From: Dimorphilus gyrociliatus
Lineage: Eukaryota; Animalia; Annelida
Direction of reading: 5' to 3'
Assembly: GCA_904063045.1 (NCBI GenBank)
Contig: CAJFCJ010000004.1
Coordinates: 1,109,713 to 1,173,712, forward strand
DNA: 64,000 nucleotides
In this document: positions 49,214-62,909 of the stretch, in pieces
How the letters are laid out: every line of letters begins with the position of its first letter
How positions within the stretch are numbered: position 1 is the stretch's first letter
The notes under the pieces: generated by a model
The model's database searches: none
What the model was told of the DNA's origin: nothing
Seen by the model: only the letters and a program-made list of their open reading frames with translations
Program-made: the position numbers and the translations under genes

Positions 49214-52200
49214 AAAAGTAAAAAAGTATCACTTGTAAAATTCACTAGCTGAGAAGTGTGTGTTTTGATCTTTCGCATTTATACGTCTTTCTAAATCCTA
49301 AATATAGATTATTTTTTGTAAAATGTTAAAATAACTAGTAAAAATCTATGATATTCATCATCAAGCTTTACTTTACTTCAAGAATTCCTTACTCATTTGA
49401 TCTATAAAATAACAGATGATGACAAACTGTTACTATCATCAATAAATAGCATACTTTGTTTTGTGGACTTAGAAAATTTGTTTTTCATATTTTGTAATGT
49501 TTATTTTTATATTTTCTTGCTATAGGAAAACTCTTTTCATTCTAAGAAATGAAAAAAATACGGTACAGTTGAAGTATGAAATAGAAAAGAAAAAGTTTTC
49601 GAGAGCATAAAGACTAAAACTAATCGTTTAATAGTATAGTTGTTAGTCAGAGTGAAAGGAAACTTTCTTCATTATGATTTATACAATGTAAGCTAAGGAT
49701 TTGTTATGGTTAAGAACCACTTGAGGCTTCTCCAGTCGGAAAATTGGTTAATGGTAATCTATTGAATAAGTAAGATTTTATAGCAGCTGAAGTCGATAAT
49801 CCCCGAGAGGAAGTTCGTCGTCGAATCGGTGAATAATCGACTTCCAAATCGCCGCCTAATCCAACCGGTAAACAAAGAAAGAAGATTAAGAATGGAAAGA
49901 AAACATTTCCCCATACAAAGAAATCCTTGAAATGTTTCTTCTATTATAAAAGGAAAAAGTAACACGAGTAGAATTTGACAGTTTTATAGTAACTTTAGTC
50001 TCGAAAACCTAACAAGAGTGGAAACGACTGGCTATTTACTTAGTCGATGGAAAGATAGCCAGTAGCAAAACAGCGAAAAAGAGGTAATTATGTAATAAAG
50101 GAAGCCGGAAGGTATTACCAAGCTGTATAAGGCACTAATTGCAGTTTCTTGGGTCATTTTTTATTGCCTACACTATTTCACAACAACTGTAGAGTAATAA
50201 AATAGCATACTTTATAAGTGAAATCGTCTTAAAGATATTATCTTTTATTCAATACCGATATGTAAATATGATGACTCATTTATCTTAGAATCGTGTTCTC
50301 CGTGCAAAAATAGGTTTTCTAATAAGCCCCTGGAAATTTATCTCATAGATTCCTTTTTCTATACTAAAAAACAAAAAAAAACCATAAAATTTTCTCCTTC
50401 TTGTTTTTATGTCACAAAAGTAGGGAAAGATAAACTGTAGGAAACCTTTCACTCATGAGTGAATACTTGGAAAAGATGCCCTAAAGCTCCCATTAAAATA
50501 GGACCGAATGTTTTCGAATCAAAATAACGGATTACGAAATATTAGGCAAAATAAAATTAAACAAAACTATAATTCATGAATAGGAAATATGAAAGTAATA
50601 CAACAAGTAAAGTAGTAGTTGCTCCCTCTTTACTCCGCTGTTTGTCTCACATATCAAGGTGACATTGTAACTGTTAGTATTCTAATTAAAAATCATAAGA
50701 GAATTCCTTTTATGCTAAATCAGCCACTTATTCACTATGATACTTTATTGAGTTTAATTTTTCATTACTAAAAATATTCTCCTATGTATACAATTGGTAA
50801 GCACAAGGCGTTCAATGCTTGGGCATTTTGTATATAATATAAATTATTAAAGGTAATTACTTGTTTCTCACTATAATTGCACGTTTTAAACTTTTGACAT
50901 CTGATTTATAGTCTTTATGACAAATCTCTTTGAGTTTGTCGATTGACTATAATATAATTCGGGGTTACTATTATAACAAGTTGAATATTTAATATATTAA
51001 TTTACATGATAAACGCAAGATGTCGCTGTAAATATTTATTTTTAACCATAACTACGGGTTAAAAAGAAGAGATGAAAGCATATAACCATCGATTAACGAC
51101 GTCTGTTCAACTATCGATCCTAATTCCCTATTATCTCACCAGATTACGCAATAACTGTCAATTCTGAAAGCGTCCCAGCCATTTCGTCGGTAAACAAACG
51201 CGCCATAAAAAATTCAAAATTAACAATCAAAGTGTCGGCGGTCTCTGCTCGAATATTAATGAGCAGGAGTGTAACTAATAATACACCGATAGACAGAGGC
51301 ATTTAGCGGCTAATGCTCCTACAAACAAAGGCCGCAAGCAAAATCCGATATACTCCATACTCGTGTTTGTCTTACTACTTTCGTCGTGTAGTTTAATGCT
51401 TCGCGAACTTTTCGCGCGTTCGATTCTTTTTCATTAGCTGTAAATTTCTCAATCAATTTGCCCATAGCGTTTTTAAACATAAACTAAAAACCGATAATCT
51501 AGGTCTATTTCTTCACTCATATTTTATATGTATATCCCTGCTCGCCCCCCTCCTGTCTCTACCCGCCGTTGTCTTTCTTAACTTGTAATTCAGTATAACA
51601 AAGCGATAATTAAGTAAAGTAGAGGGACAGGCTTTTCCACGTGTCTTTTTTGTAAAGAAACAATCTTTTAATTTTCAAAATAATTAACTATTTATATAAA
51701 ATTCTATTTGAATATATTGAAAAAGTATATCCTAAAGAAGAAGCTTATGAACAAAAGATATTTATGAATTAATACGATACCTAGTTCTTATTACATAACT
51801 AAATTACTTACTTAAAATAAGCCGCATTTTTTGCGCTTTTCTTTACATAGCAGATAAGGATTAATCATAAAGCACTAAAATTCCTAGGATAAGCAAATAA
51901 CGATCATACAAAATGAAATTAACGTTTTCTCTTGGCTTAATACCCATAGGGAGTAGCAATGATTTAAAAGTTTATAATAGCAATAAATACATTATAGTAT
52001 ATCTTTTATATCTTTAAATAATTATACATATATATACAGCACTACCTAAAGGATTCTTGCAAGAAAAAAAATCATACTAATGATAAGGAGATTTGTCAAT
52101 TTAGTGCTTTTTTTTCTAATTATTATTTTGGAGTATGTCATAGACCAATTCAAGCAGAAAAGCATAAGGATAAATGTAATTAATTAGTACTTTGTATTTT

Positions 52201-54109
52201 TGTAATAATAATAGAAAATTTTTTTAGCTTTTTAACGGATTATTATGAATTAATTTACTTGTATGGTTTAATCAAGAATTTTGGATTAAAAGCATCCTTT
52301 CCATTAGATTATTAAACAATATATCCAATTATACATAAGAAACTCAATATCACGACAAAAAACATCTGTTTCTCAAAAGGAGCTTTGTTGTTCTTTTATA
52401 TATCTTGATATTAATATATTTTTAATAATTTTACAAATTTTTTATAGTGTATTTATTACATTATTAAAATAAAAACTATTTGTCACTTCTTATGGCATAT
52501 TTCTAAGAAAACTACTATAGTATATAGTAAAGGAAAGTGTAAGTGGGCTATCTCTTCCACTTAATAAAAGAGATATTTAATGAAGATTGTATTAAGATTG
52601 TGTACGCTTTCTAGACTGTTATATTGTTAAGCAAATAATTGAAGAACGACTTCATAGCGAAAATTGTGAAAATATGTCAACGGGAGGTGCTTCTTATCAA
52701 CACGTAAAATCTCGCTAATCCTCGCCGGCAAACATTGTTCAGACTCGAGAATTACGCCTTCACCGCTCACTAATCCGATCGGCCATCTAGTAATTCCAAC
52801 GTCTGTCGTCTTGTTAAAAGTAATCAATTTACAGTACCCATATAGCTTTGAAAGCAGGGGCGGTCCGAAAAAAAGGAAAAGCGCAATAAGCAATTCATTA
52901 ATATATTATGAATATATTATAGGATCGATATTGTACTTGCCACAATAATTTCCTTTAAAATATCCATATAATATGCATGATATAAAGTGTAAGTCATTTA
53001 GTTTTTAGCAGTTATTCACTTTTCGCTTCCTATTCATAGGTTTTCCTTTAGAAACTATTCATAAATTATTAACTAAAAATCGGTGATAAAATATAGTTAG
53101 GACCTTTTTTTTAAATATTTAAATAGACAACTACCATATTGTTATAATTAATACTGTTATTTCTCGAATTAAAGATGACCTTTTTATATAAATAATCCCT
53201 TTTAAAGCAAATTTTTATGTAAGTTTATTAAATTAGTTGATTAACATTTGTTAGTGTGAAAATTTTACTTCTATTTGATACGAAACAAATAGGAAGCAAG
53301 TCAAAAAACGGTGTCAAAGTGTGAAAATGACACAACGTAAATGTTTACAAATCACAAGCCTATTTCCTTTTTTTAAGCCTATTAATTTAAATTCTCCAAA
53401 GTGTTCTCCGGTGACTTGAATGTATTAGGACGAGAAGAAAATGATTGATGAAGCGAAAAACGCCTTAGGTGATCATATCTATGCAATATGTGACTTTATT
53501 GACAGTGGAAAGAAGTATACATCGTTTTTTCTATTCATACCAAGAGTATGAGAATTCTAATCATCCTCTTCCCCAACATTTTATAATATATTATTTCCGT
53601 ATAAATATTTATATACAAGTATCATCTCAAGATAGATATAAAACGAATAAGAACTTGTCATTGGCAGTTTCCTATTACCCCAAGTAAAACACACGTATGG
53701 GTGAAATTATATAGTGTTGTGTAGCTTATGATGTGTTAGCACATCATTTTCTTAAGTAGTAACAGCTTTGTGGGAGATTATTAGAGATTATCACATAATC
53801 CTCGTCCGCTACCTGCCTCCTTAAATACATTCGTGTTTTTTAGGTTAATGAAGTATAATGTAACTATAAACTATACTAGCTCAAAATTTTCCCAACAATG
53901 GCCGCCGTAACACCTTGTAAAAACACATTTTCGTCGGGCAAGAAAAATCTTTACAAAGAGGATTACGGCATCCGGTTTGAGAGTTTTAGGAATTTATCAG
54001 TTTACAGTCTTCGACAAAGACTTCATTTTCACCGGCTTTATTCCTCGCTAAACGCCCCGCTTTGTTCAAATCTTTTTTACAGTCCCTAAAAGACGCGATT
54101 CGCCGTAGT

Positions 54110-54145
54110 GGGAGGAGCTTAATTTGCATACGGCTCCTGATTGGT
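54110..54145 (+). promoter_or_regulatory. goosecoid proximal promoter elements
   Basis: GC-box-like GTGGGAGGAG, octamer ATTTGCAT (54122-29) and inverted CCAAT (ATTGG 54140-44), all within ~70 bp upstream of ATG 54176. Confidence 0.45.
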
Positions 54146-54175
54146 TAGCAGTTGGAAAGGTGAGCTAGCCGCTTC

Positions 54176-56460
54176 ATGTATTCATTTCTTCAGCAAAATC
54201 GGGTGAAAATGCACCACTTGCCACTATATCTCTCTGCAGACCATCTCAAGAATTCTTTTACAATTGAAAGAATTTTGGCACCGAGACCGTTTTTCCCAGC
54301 TCCTAGACCGACTCCTTCAAATTTTTTCCCATATTTTCCAACAGAAAGTCCAGCTCCGTTCTTATTCCCCTTCCCAGCGGGAATGATAACCCCAGATATG
54401 CTTAAGAGTGGTCACAAGAGGAAACGAAGACACCGAACAATCTTTACTGAAGAACAACTAGAAGAGCTAGAGAAAACATTTCAAAAAACCCATTATCCGG
54501 ATGTTCTACTCAGAGAGGAATTGGCATTGAAAGTTGAATTGAAAGAGGAAAGAGTTGAGGTAAGCATAGCGTATTTATAGTTCAGTGACGTCTTTCTTCT
54601 CATCTCGTTAAATCAGTAAGACAGTCGTAGATAAGGGAAAAGCATCAAGCTCACTGATGTATAAAATTTATTGTACACTTATATAATTAGATACATCTGT
54701 ATATGCATAGTCGCTATATTTATCAGATCATATACCAGTACTACATCGAAATATCTATAAACAGCGATACGTATTATCTTACGTCATAAGTTGTAAGAAA
54801 GCATTCGCTTTCATGTCTTCCCATAGAGTGATCACGCAATAAATGTAAAAGTGTCTATTGATATTATAGATAAATTTTGAAACACTTTAAAAGCCGTAAC
54901 GTTCAAAGATTCAGTATAAATAGAATTAAAAAATAACCAACTTTTATATTTTGTACTTTTCTACTTATTTATTCTGTTGATATTTTCATTTCTATAGTCT
55001 TTAAAATAACATTAAGGAACTTATTTCGTGTATTTTATGTTAAGGAGGGAAGTAAGAGTTAAAGTAAAAAAATATAAAGGAAGCCTTTATTAAATATCCC
55101 CTTCAGCAATGAAAACCGAAAAATGAGTAAAATGTTCAGCTGGGCGGAAAACGGCTGATATTATTAGTTTACCTCTCTGCGAAATTAACGGCTACTAAAT
55201 ATTGATTTAGTTGTAGGCAATTAAGCGGATTTATGACGTCATCAAAGAGAACTCGTAGAACGTTTAAAAGGCGCCAAATAGCGAAGCCGTTTATCAGCTA
55301 ATGACGGCTAGTTTTTTTAAATTAGAAAGGCTGAAATGGGTTAAAGAAGACTATTGGTACAGTCGTATACTTATATATTTTTAAATTGCTTACCTTAAAG
55401 ATTACTATCCATTGTTTCCTCTTAAAGTTTTAAATTCTATTGAAAATGATCCTTTAAAGTAAACTATTTTGTAGGTGATTTTCTTTTCCTAATTAAAACA
55501 AAATATATACATAGTAGCTATTTTGAAGTAGGTCTCGAAACATCCTTTTCTGTTAACATAATAGGTTTTTCAATCTTTTCCCTAACGCTACATTATTATA
55601 CTATTTCGATCAATATAACTAACCTTTAGGCTATATAAACCAATTTTTTTAGTTAAGAAACCTGAGAGCTGTTTAATAACCCTAAATAAACTATTGTTAC
55701 ATTTTAGACACTCGTAGCTTTCTAACGGATTGCATTTATTTTTATACTAATTTCTTAGTTAAATCATTCGTTAAAAAGTTTACAAAGGACACAATTGTGC
55801 TAGTTTTGTATGTTTTTCTTCTGATTCCCTTATACTTTTCAACTTGATTATGTTCGAAAAGAGATTTATAGAGGAGGGAGAAATAGCTCAGGATTTTAAA
55901 TTCATTGAAACGCATAATATAAATATTTTAGAAATAGATATATTATATCAATTATACAAAAGCTATTTAGGTCAATCATTTTAGAATATTAGTTTTACCT
56001 TTCAGTCTTTTAGAAAAATATACGCTATATGACGTAAATTATTAATTCAAGTTTTATATAATAGATTTATAAGATGATTAAACTATTGAAAGAAAAAAGC
56101 CTGAATTGATAACAAATATTTGAAAAATAAGTTCAAATAAAAAATTATATTCAGGAGCTTGGTACTTGATAAATTGTGGTTTATCTAACTCTCACCACAA
56201 CATGAGCAACTCAAGTGTTTAATCCCCTCAGTAAGGGGTGGTGTCTCTATTTGCTACCTTCTGTTTTTTTTCTTTTTAGACAATACAGACTATATTTATA
56301 CGTAATAAATCAACAGGTATGGTTTAAGAATCGACGCGCAAAATGGAGAAAGCAAAAGCGTGAAGAACAGGAGAAGAAAAGGCGAGAATCTGATTTGTGC
56401 GTCGATGTGACTGATGTGGAAGACGATACTGAAGAAGATATAAATGGTAATTCTACATAA
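54176..56460 (+). CDS. gsc: Goosecoid, K50 paired-class homeobox protein, ~175 aa, 2 exons
   Basis: Exons 54176-54559 and 56317-56460. eh1 motif FTIERIL. Homeodomain [48 protein letters not shown]|[15 protein letters not shown] has K50 and the conserved intron at homeodomain position 46/47. Confidence 0.95.
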
Positions 56461-56550
56461 AAAAAGCCCCAATATACTCTTGTTGTTGTGAAAAAAAAAT
56501 AATCTGTACATATTTATTGGAAGTTATAGATCACGGTTGAAAAGAACAGG

Positions 56551-56582
56551 GAGAGAGAAAGAGATAGAGAGAGAGAGAGAGA
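56551..56582. repeat. (GA)n microsatellite in the gsc 3' region
   Basis: gagagagaaagagatagagagagagagagaga. Similar tracts lie at ~58148-58203, ~59540-59610 and ~62122-62146. Confidence 0.85.
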
Positions 56583-57784
56583 ATGATAGATTTGTACTTT
56601 TAAACATATTCTATTAAACTGTATATATTTGAAGTAAATCTTTCTCCTCTCTTGATATGAAAAATTAACAAAAAAAGAGAATGTCAATTAATTTCTCTAT
56701 AAAAGTTCAAAGACAAAAAATCACTTTTCTTTTTTGCTTAGTGTTGAAAATATGGCTAATATTTCCATTATTTATTCACATATGCCCTATATACTATATA
56801 TAATATACTTATATATACATTAAATATAAATATATGTATATAATTAACTAATATATATTTATTAATAATCATCTATTGCTTAAAAGACAAAAAATCCAAA
56901 ATCTTATATTATGAAAAGAGAAAAAATCGTTGAGCATTCATAGATTCACATTTCCGCAAATTGATTTTTTGGTAATTTAACGCTTAAATATTTACAACCG
57001 TTCCTTTTTCTCTTCCCAAAGCTTATAGCATTTTCGGGTTTAATCAAAGTAAAAAGTGTAAAGGAATTATTTACTAAAGAAAATTTGTGAAAGCTTTCGA
57101 TTGATTTAAAAAAATAAAGCGTTCTACGGATACTTTACATTGAGACAGAGGCAGAGAGACAGGGGGAAGTGGGATAGGATAGACAGACAAAATTAAACTG
57201 ACAGAGGGATAGAAAGAAAATAAAGAATAGAGACGAAAACAGAATAGGTATAGGTAGATTTGCTCCTCTTTTTCTCTCTCAATCAATTTTGTTTAGCAAC
57301 AGAGTACCGAGAGTAAAGAGCGACAATTAATGGAAATATAGCTATTAATATCTGTTAAGAATTAAATATAATAGGTGTCCTAATTGTGCATAAAACTCTT
57401 ATGTGTACATAAAGTGTGTATGAGTATATTTCATTAATGCCAGTCAACTGCTGATCTATATGATTTAGAGTGAATGAGATAATGTACCATTGGCCATTTT
57501 TGTTTTTTTTAACTCTATATATTACTTAATGTTAAAATGTAAAGCGAAAAGTAGTTTGTCATTATGTTTTCATCATGTATGCTATATATTTATAATTAAT
57601 ACATGCTCTTTGAAAACAATTATCAGTTACTCATTGATATGATAATGATGTGTGTTAAACTAGATATTTAGCTTATATTTACAGCTATAGCATCATAATG
57701 ATGATAGGTAAAAAAAAAGGACATTTAAAAATATAGTCAAGTTTTGGATAGATTTCAAAGATTGTGCAACTAAATTAGGAGTGA

Positions 57785-57818
57785 GGGAGGGAGGGAAGGG
57801 TTGTGGGGGGGGGGGGGG
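57785..57818 (+). other. G-rich tract with a canonical G-quadruplex motif and a G14 run
   Basis: GGGAGGGAGGGAAGGG (57785-57800) followed by 14 G (57805-57818). Confidence 0.7.
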
Positions 57819-60059
57819 TGAAATAAAAAAAGCACGCATGCATTTGTCAGTTGAAGAATCGTATTCCATTAGTCGGATTTTCGCCGCCGACGGCGTAGTT
57901 TTGCGCTTATAATCGGCACCGATTTTTTCTTCTAAAAAGTTGTATCGTTGAATGGCGGCGAGTAAATGCTAAAATAAACGTTTACTTAACGGATTAGGGC
58001 GTCGGAAAAAAATACTACGCCGATAAACTTTTAAGGATCGCGCTTAGCGTTATGCGAGCCTTTGTCAATATATGACAATGCTCTTCTTGCTTTTCTCAAC
58101 TTTTTCTTTCACTTATTCTTTCTATTATTAAGTTAAGCTGATTATCTAGAGAGAGAGAGAGACAGGCTGACAGACGGACAGAAATAGAGAGAGAGAGAAA
58201 GAGAAAAGTATGTCGGCCAAAAGAATGAAGAATTAGAAGAGTAAAAAAAATTAAGTATATTATTCAAAAAAAGAAGAATAATTATCTTTTTTCTCTCTGT
58301 TTATTTATTCATACTTCTTTGCTGTTTTGTTTTTGTTTTCTCTCCATTATTTACCCATCTCAAATAACTTAAGAAGTGAATAATACATAAATCAAAGGAT
58401 TGATTTCAATTGTCACTTTAGAAAATATACTTTTCTTACTCTCCCTTTCTTTCTCTCATAAAGGCAGTTCTAGTTTAAAACTATTTTTATAAGTTATAAA
58501 TTATTTAAATAGATCTATAAAGTTTTTCTCTTTTTTTTAGAAGATAAGGTAAGTTTTTCTTTATTATTACGTTTTGTAAAAACTTCACTTGAAAGCATTT
58601 TTTTTGATTTAGTGAAATATACATTTATTCTTTGTATCAATCATAGTACTAATACGCCATCTATAAGATATTTACTCTTCATCTTCGTCGGAGAGTTTTA
58701 TAACGTTTTTAATAGATTATACATATATACTATAAACAAGGCTTGAATTTATACAAATAGATATTTCTTTATAGATTTAAATTGAGAAAAAAAGTAAAAT
58801 AAATTTTATTTTAATTATTGAAATGATCAAAAGATGGCAGCACTATATACTTTATGAATTAATTATTCTAAAACAGGATAATGACTTGATAGGCGACAAT
58901 GAGACACCTTATAGAAGTATAATAATTAGCGTTTTATTTAATAATTGATACTAATACAAAAAAATCGATATTATTAATATGAACTGCAAGATATAAATAA
59001 GAACAGTTTTACCCCAGAGGTAAATGAACACTTTTATGCCATAGTTCTTTATTTGCATTTTTATTATAATACCAATTTTTTTACAAATAAAAAGGCTTGA
59101 ATTAATGTTTTTTTTTTGTAAATTTTGCAGTTCAATAGTCACAATTCATGAACAAAAGCCTAAAACACATTATATAGTGTAAAATTTTGTGTGTCTATGG
59201 CATATATCTAGTTCAGAAAAACAGTAGGCTTTCTTATCAATGTTATTCAAAGATAAAAATGTACAATTTGAGAATTTTTCCATTCTATTTTGAGAAAATG
59301 ATGTATCCCTTTGAGGTACCAAAAATCATTCTAGTAATCAATCTTTATTAGGGTTCTTATTATGTACCCTTTTTCCCCTAAGATAATCTATAATAACTAG
59401 TTGTTTCATAAAGCTATTAAAATTTTACAAGATTTTAGTTTTATGTCAAGTGCAAAAGGTCTTCGTTTAGTTGATAGAGATTTCTTTCTATAAGATTCAA
59501 ATGATAAGAATTTAAGTTACAAAGAAAGGGCAGAGTGGGAGTGAGTGAGTGAGAGAGAGGGAGATAGATAGATAGAGAGGGGGAGAGGGATAGGAGGAGG
59601 GGGAGAGAAGAAAAAACTTCTCTCTGCATATTCTCTATCTCTCCACCCATTCCCTGTTTTTCTATCCGTTTCATAGAATTTGTATGCTTTAGCGAGGCAA
59701 TCCATTGGGAGGGGAAAATACTTTAATTATGAATACGCAAAAGATAGGTTTGATATTCGCAAGGAGTTAAGTTCTAGGATATGTAGTAATGAACTTGAAG
59801 ATATCTGTTTATTATCTATGTAATTTTTATTCGTAAATTTCAGAGAAACAACTAGTCTAGTATTAGAAGTTTCCTAAAAACTAAATCATTTATCGGCAAA
59901 AGCAGAATAATAGATAAAAAGTATTAAATATTGAACAAAGTTGTATATTGAAGAAAAAATAGTAGCAAAAACAAAAATAAAAAAAGAAACATGTGCCATT
60001 CTTTCTCGTTCATCCTTTACCCTCCCTTAGCAACTGATCTATAGTCTTTTTTCTTTTTT

Positions 60060-60122
60060 ACTACCACTACTACTACTACTCTGTCTCTCTTTCTCTCTTT
60101 CTCTCTCTTTCTCTTTCTCTCT
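60060..60122. repeat. (CTA)n followed by a (CT)n-rich microsatellite
   Basis: actaccactactactactactct...ctctctttctctctttctctctctttctctttctctct. Confidence 0.8.
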
Positions 60123-60338
60123 CGCTAGCTGGCTAGCTAGCTCTCTTTTTTTCTATGATCCTTAACCCGAAATCCCAACCCACATCGTATCCCATCAATT
60201 TCTTTTTTCTTTCCCATTGTCATTCTCTATCATGCATATATGTATTTATAAACATCGACTTATCATAAAATAGCCATAAACAGAGAAACAATGTGTAGTA
60301 AAATATATACACGAAACGTTTAGTATAAACGTTTTATG

Positions 60339-60360
60339 TATATATATATATATATATATA
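60339..60360. repeat. (TA)11 microsatellite
   Basis: Direct reading. Confidence 0.85.
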
Positions 60361-61089
60361 TGTATATGTACTTTATAACATCGTTAACTTGATGCACTTG
60401 GTTTACTAATAAGTATATATTTAACAGAAAAAATTGAAAAAGACTTTACTTATAGGTCAATACTTGATTATCCAATTCATTTCAAAGGATGACAACAGAC
60501 AAACACTTGCAAACACTGTATGCATATATTGTAAGTACATCATAGACTTAAGGGATAAATGATCAAGAAAACTATTACTTTTAGGCAAACAACTGCAAAG
60601 TGAATAGTTATTATAGTAAATGAATTAAGTTTAGTATACTAGATGTTTGATTTATAAGTCTATCTATCATCCTTTGATTTTTAATAGTTTATACAAGTCG
60701 ATATTATTTTGCTTTGCATAGAGGCAATTAAAAAATCTCTCATCTACATTAAGAAAGAAATCTACAATACGTTCGCATGACTTGATTTGCTAAAAAGTTC
60801 TGAAAAGAAGAATGATCATCATTTAGCGCTTTGAATCTACTTTATCAAGTTTGGATCAACAGCAGTCGAAAGAGAATTAAAAAAAAGAAAACAGAAACGT
60901 TTTTAAGTACACTTTGAAAAAAGAGGATAAATTTTTTTTGTTTTTGCATGCGCTCCATTGATTTAGAAAGAAAGTGAAGTTAGAATAAAAATTGAAAGGA
61001 ACAGTCCTGAATAAAATAGTAGATGAAATAGGACTTTTTCTTCTTCTGAATTTTCTACTTCTTCTTCGTCATTTTCATCTTCTCTTTTT

Positions 61090-62318
61090 CTATTTCGGTT
61101 CCTTTGAGCACATCATTTCTACGAATTCTGTCGCGAGAAAAAAATTTCATTTATAATCGTAAATTATGTGAATGAGGGTAATAAACAGAAATATATCGGA
61201 ACAGAATGATTCCATTCAAAAAAGAGCCATCTGTTGGGAATAAACCTAAACTATGCTAGTAAATCGAATCTTTGTACGCAGTCATATGATAAATTTCTGT
61301 AATTAACGAAAATTAATCAAATAGAATATTTGAATGTTATATACTAAAATGTGAAATTGGCTGTAAAAATTTCAGGGTCAGGGCTTTCAGATCAAGGATT
61401 ATACTTTTTTCTCGGATTAATTTTAATCCAAGAATAAATATTATATAAAAATATAAAAGCTTAATCTACTAGTGCCACCTGTAGTATCATAATACCTTTG
61501 TAATTAATTTCTCCATCACCATCAGTGTCTGCCTCTTTGATCATGTCATCAATTTGATCATCTGTTAGATTTTCTCCCAATCTGAAATGAAACGTAATTA
61601 AGATTAAGATATTTTGTAATCAACTATAATAAATGAATATAAATAGAAGAAGTGGAGCTTATAGTGAAATATCTGTCGAAAAGTCTGAGGGAACATTTTG
61701 TATAAATTGTATTCTTTCTTTTTTTTTATATATATAAATTACTTAATTTATTGGACAAAATGGTGGAAATTTTTTTCATTAACTTTGCCAAATAGATACA
61801 TTGAAGGAAAAAAATTAGAGAACCCCTTCAAAATGGAAAATCCTTAATATTTCGAATAAGACGTAAAAGACGAAAGTAAAAGGCAATGTTTCATTATTGA
61901 TTTCGTGGGGAAATACAGCATTTAGCCCTCAATTCACTTTTATTCTAGTCGCATGACTAGTCATTTAGGAATGAGATTGTGCAAAGACGATGAATACAAA
62001 TTTCAAATATTCATTCAATTTACACCGTTTTAAGTAACTAACGAAACAAGAAAAACAACTTCGATCCTTACAATTCTAATTGATTCGTAAAGAATAATTG
62101 CAACATTAAAAAAGAATATAAGAGAGAGAGAGAAAGAAAGAGAGAGTCTTACTTATGCATGACACTCTTCAGTTCGTCAGCTGTTATCTTGCCAGATCTA
62201 TCCTTATCGAACATTCTGAAAGCAGCCATAAGCTGTTCTTCTTGTTCATCCTTATTATCATCTCCGCAATACGAAGTCATCAAAAAGACAAATTCATCAA
62301 ATTCGATTTGTCCACTTT
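61090..62318 (-). CDS. Calmodulin-like EF-hand protein, 3' exons only (5' exons not found in the window)
   Basis: Exons 62318-62153, 61581-61496, 61127-61090, frame-consistent: (x)[55 protein letters not shown]|[28 protein letters not shown]|[12 protein letters not shown]. This covers part of EF2 and all of EF3 and EF4. Confidence 0.88.
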
Positions 62319-62873
62319 CTGTCCACATGAGAAGAATAATCATTATTCCTTTTTACCCTTAGGAAACAACTAAAGAATACTTTCACCCCCTATACAATTG
62401 CGTAATACAATGTATTTATTAACCTTACATTAATCTGTTATATAGCATATACACGTAATATACTAATGGACGAATATAGGAAAAGCAATAAAGATGACAA
62501 AAACTAGGTTTTCTTGCTTTTCTTGGTAGAAAAATAGTGATTCATTTCCATTAATAAAAGGCATATAAGCTGGATTGTTATTACTTTTTAACGTGGCGCT
62601 TTTGAACAAAGTTGAATATGAAACGTAAGTGCTATTAATTAACATCAATATTTTAATATGCAGTTTTTTGTACTTTTTCATTTATATTTATACTTTTTCT
62701 CTTGCAAAAAAGTAGCCTGTAAAATTTTCAAATCCATTTTCATTGTACAATGCTTTTTATTTAACTAGGCACGCCAAGTTTGTAAAATAAACACTTTTAA
62801 AGAGTTTCCGCTCTAAATAAGCTTTATATGAAAAACAAGAGGGAGAGAGCGAGAGAAATAAAGAAGTATAGAA

Positions 62874-62909
62874 GGGGTGGGGGGAGGGAAAGGGAGGGAG
62901 AGAGGGGGG
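62874..62909 (+). other. G-quadruplex-type purine tract in an intron of the calmodulin-like gene
   Basis: GGGGTGGGGGGAGGGAAAGGGAGGGAGAGAGGGGGG. Confidence 0.6.

Noticed and set aside
49706-49930. GC-richer island with a short basic plus-strand reading frame (…LKSIIPERKFVVESVNNRLPNRR…), antisense to ORF 49759-49965
   Set aside because: It would need an intron of ~30 bp, and neither strand gives a recognisable product. It could be regulatory or lncRNA sequence.
50448-50463. 16-bp perfect palindrome TTCACTCATGAGTGAA, and an 8-bp hairpin at 53728-53747
   Set aside because: A few such palindromes are expected by chance in 64 kb of AT-rich DNA.
52627-54089. ORFs 52627-52893, 53469-53687 and 53898-54089 near gsc
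   Set aside because: No domains or splice support; better explained as GC-richer regulatory DNA.
57074-59705. ORFs 57074-57286, 58951-59142, 59441-59674 and 59517-59705
   Set aside because: They arise from GA/CT low-complexity tracts or AT-rich intergenic DNA.
61090-62318. Calling this gene canonical calmodulin
   Set aside because: It has too many substitutions relative to the near-invariant CaM sequence.
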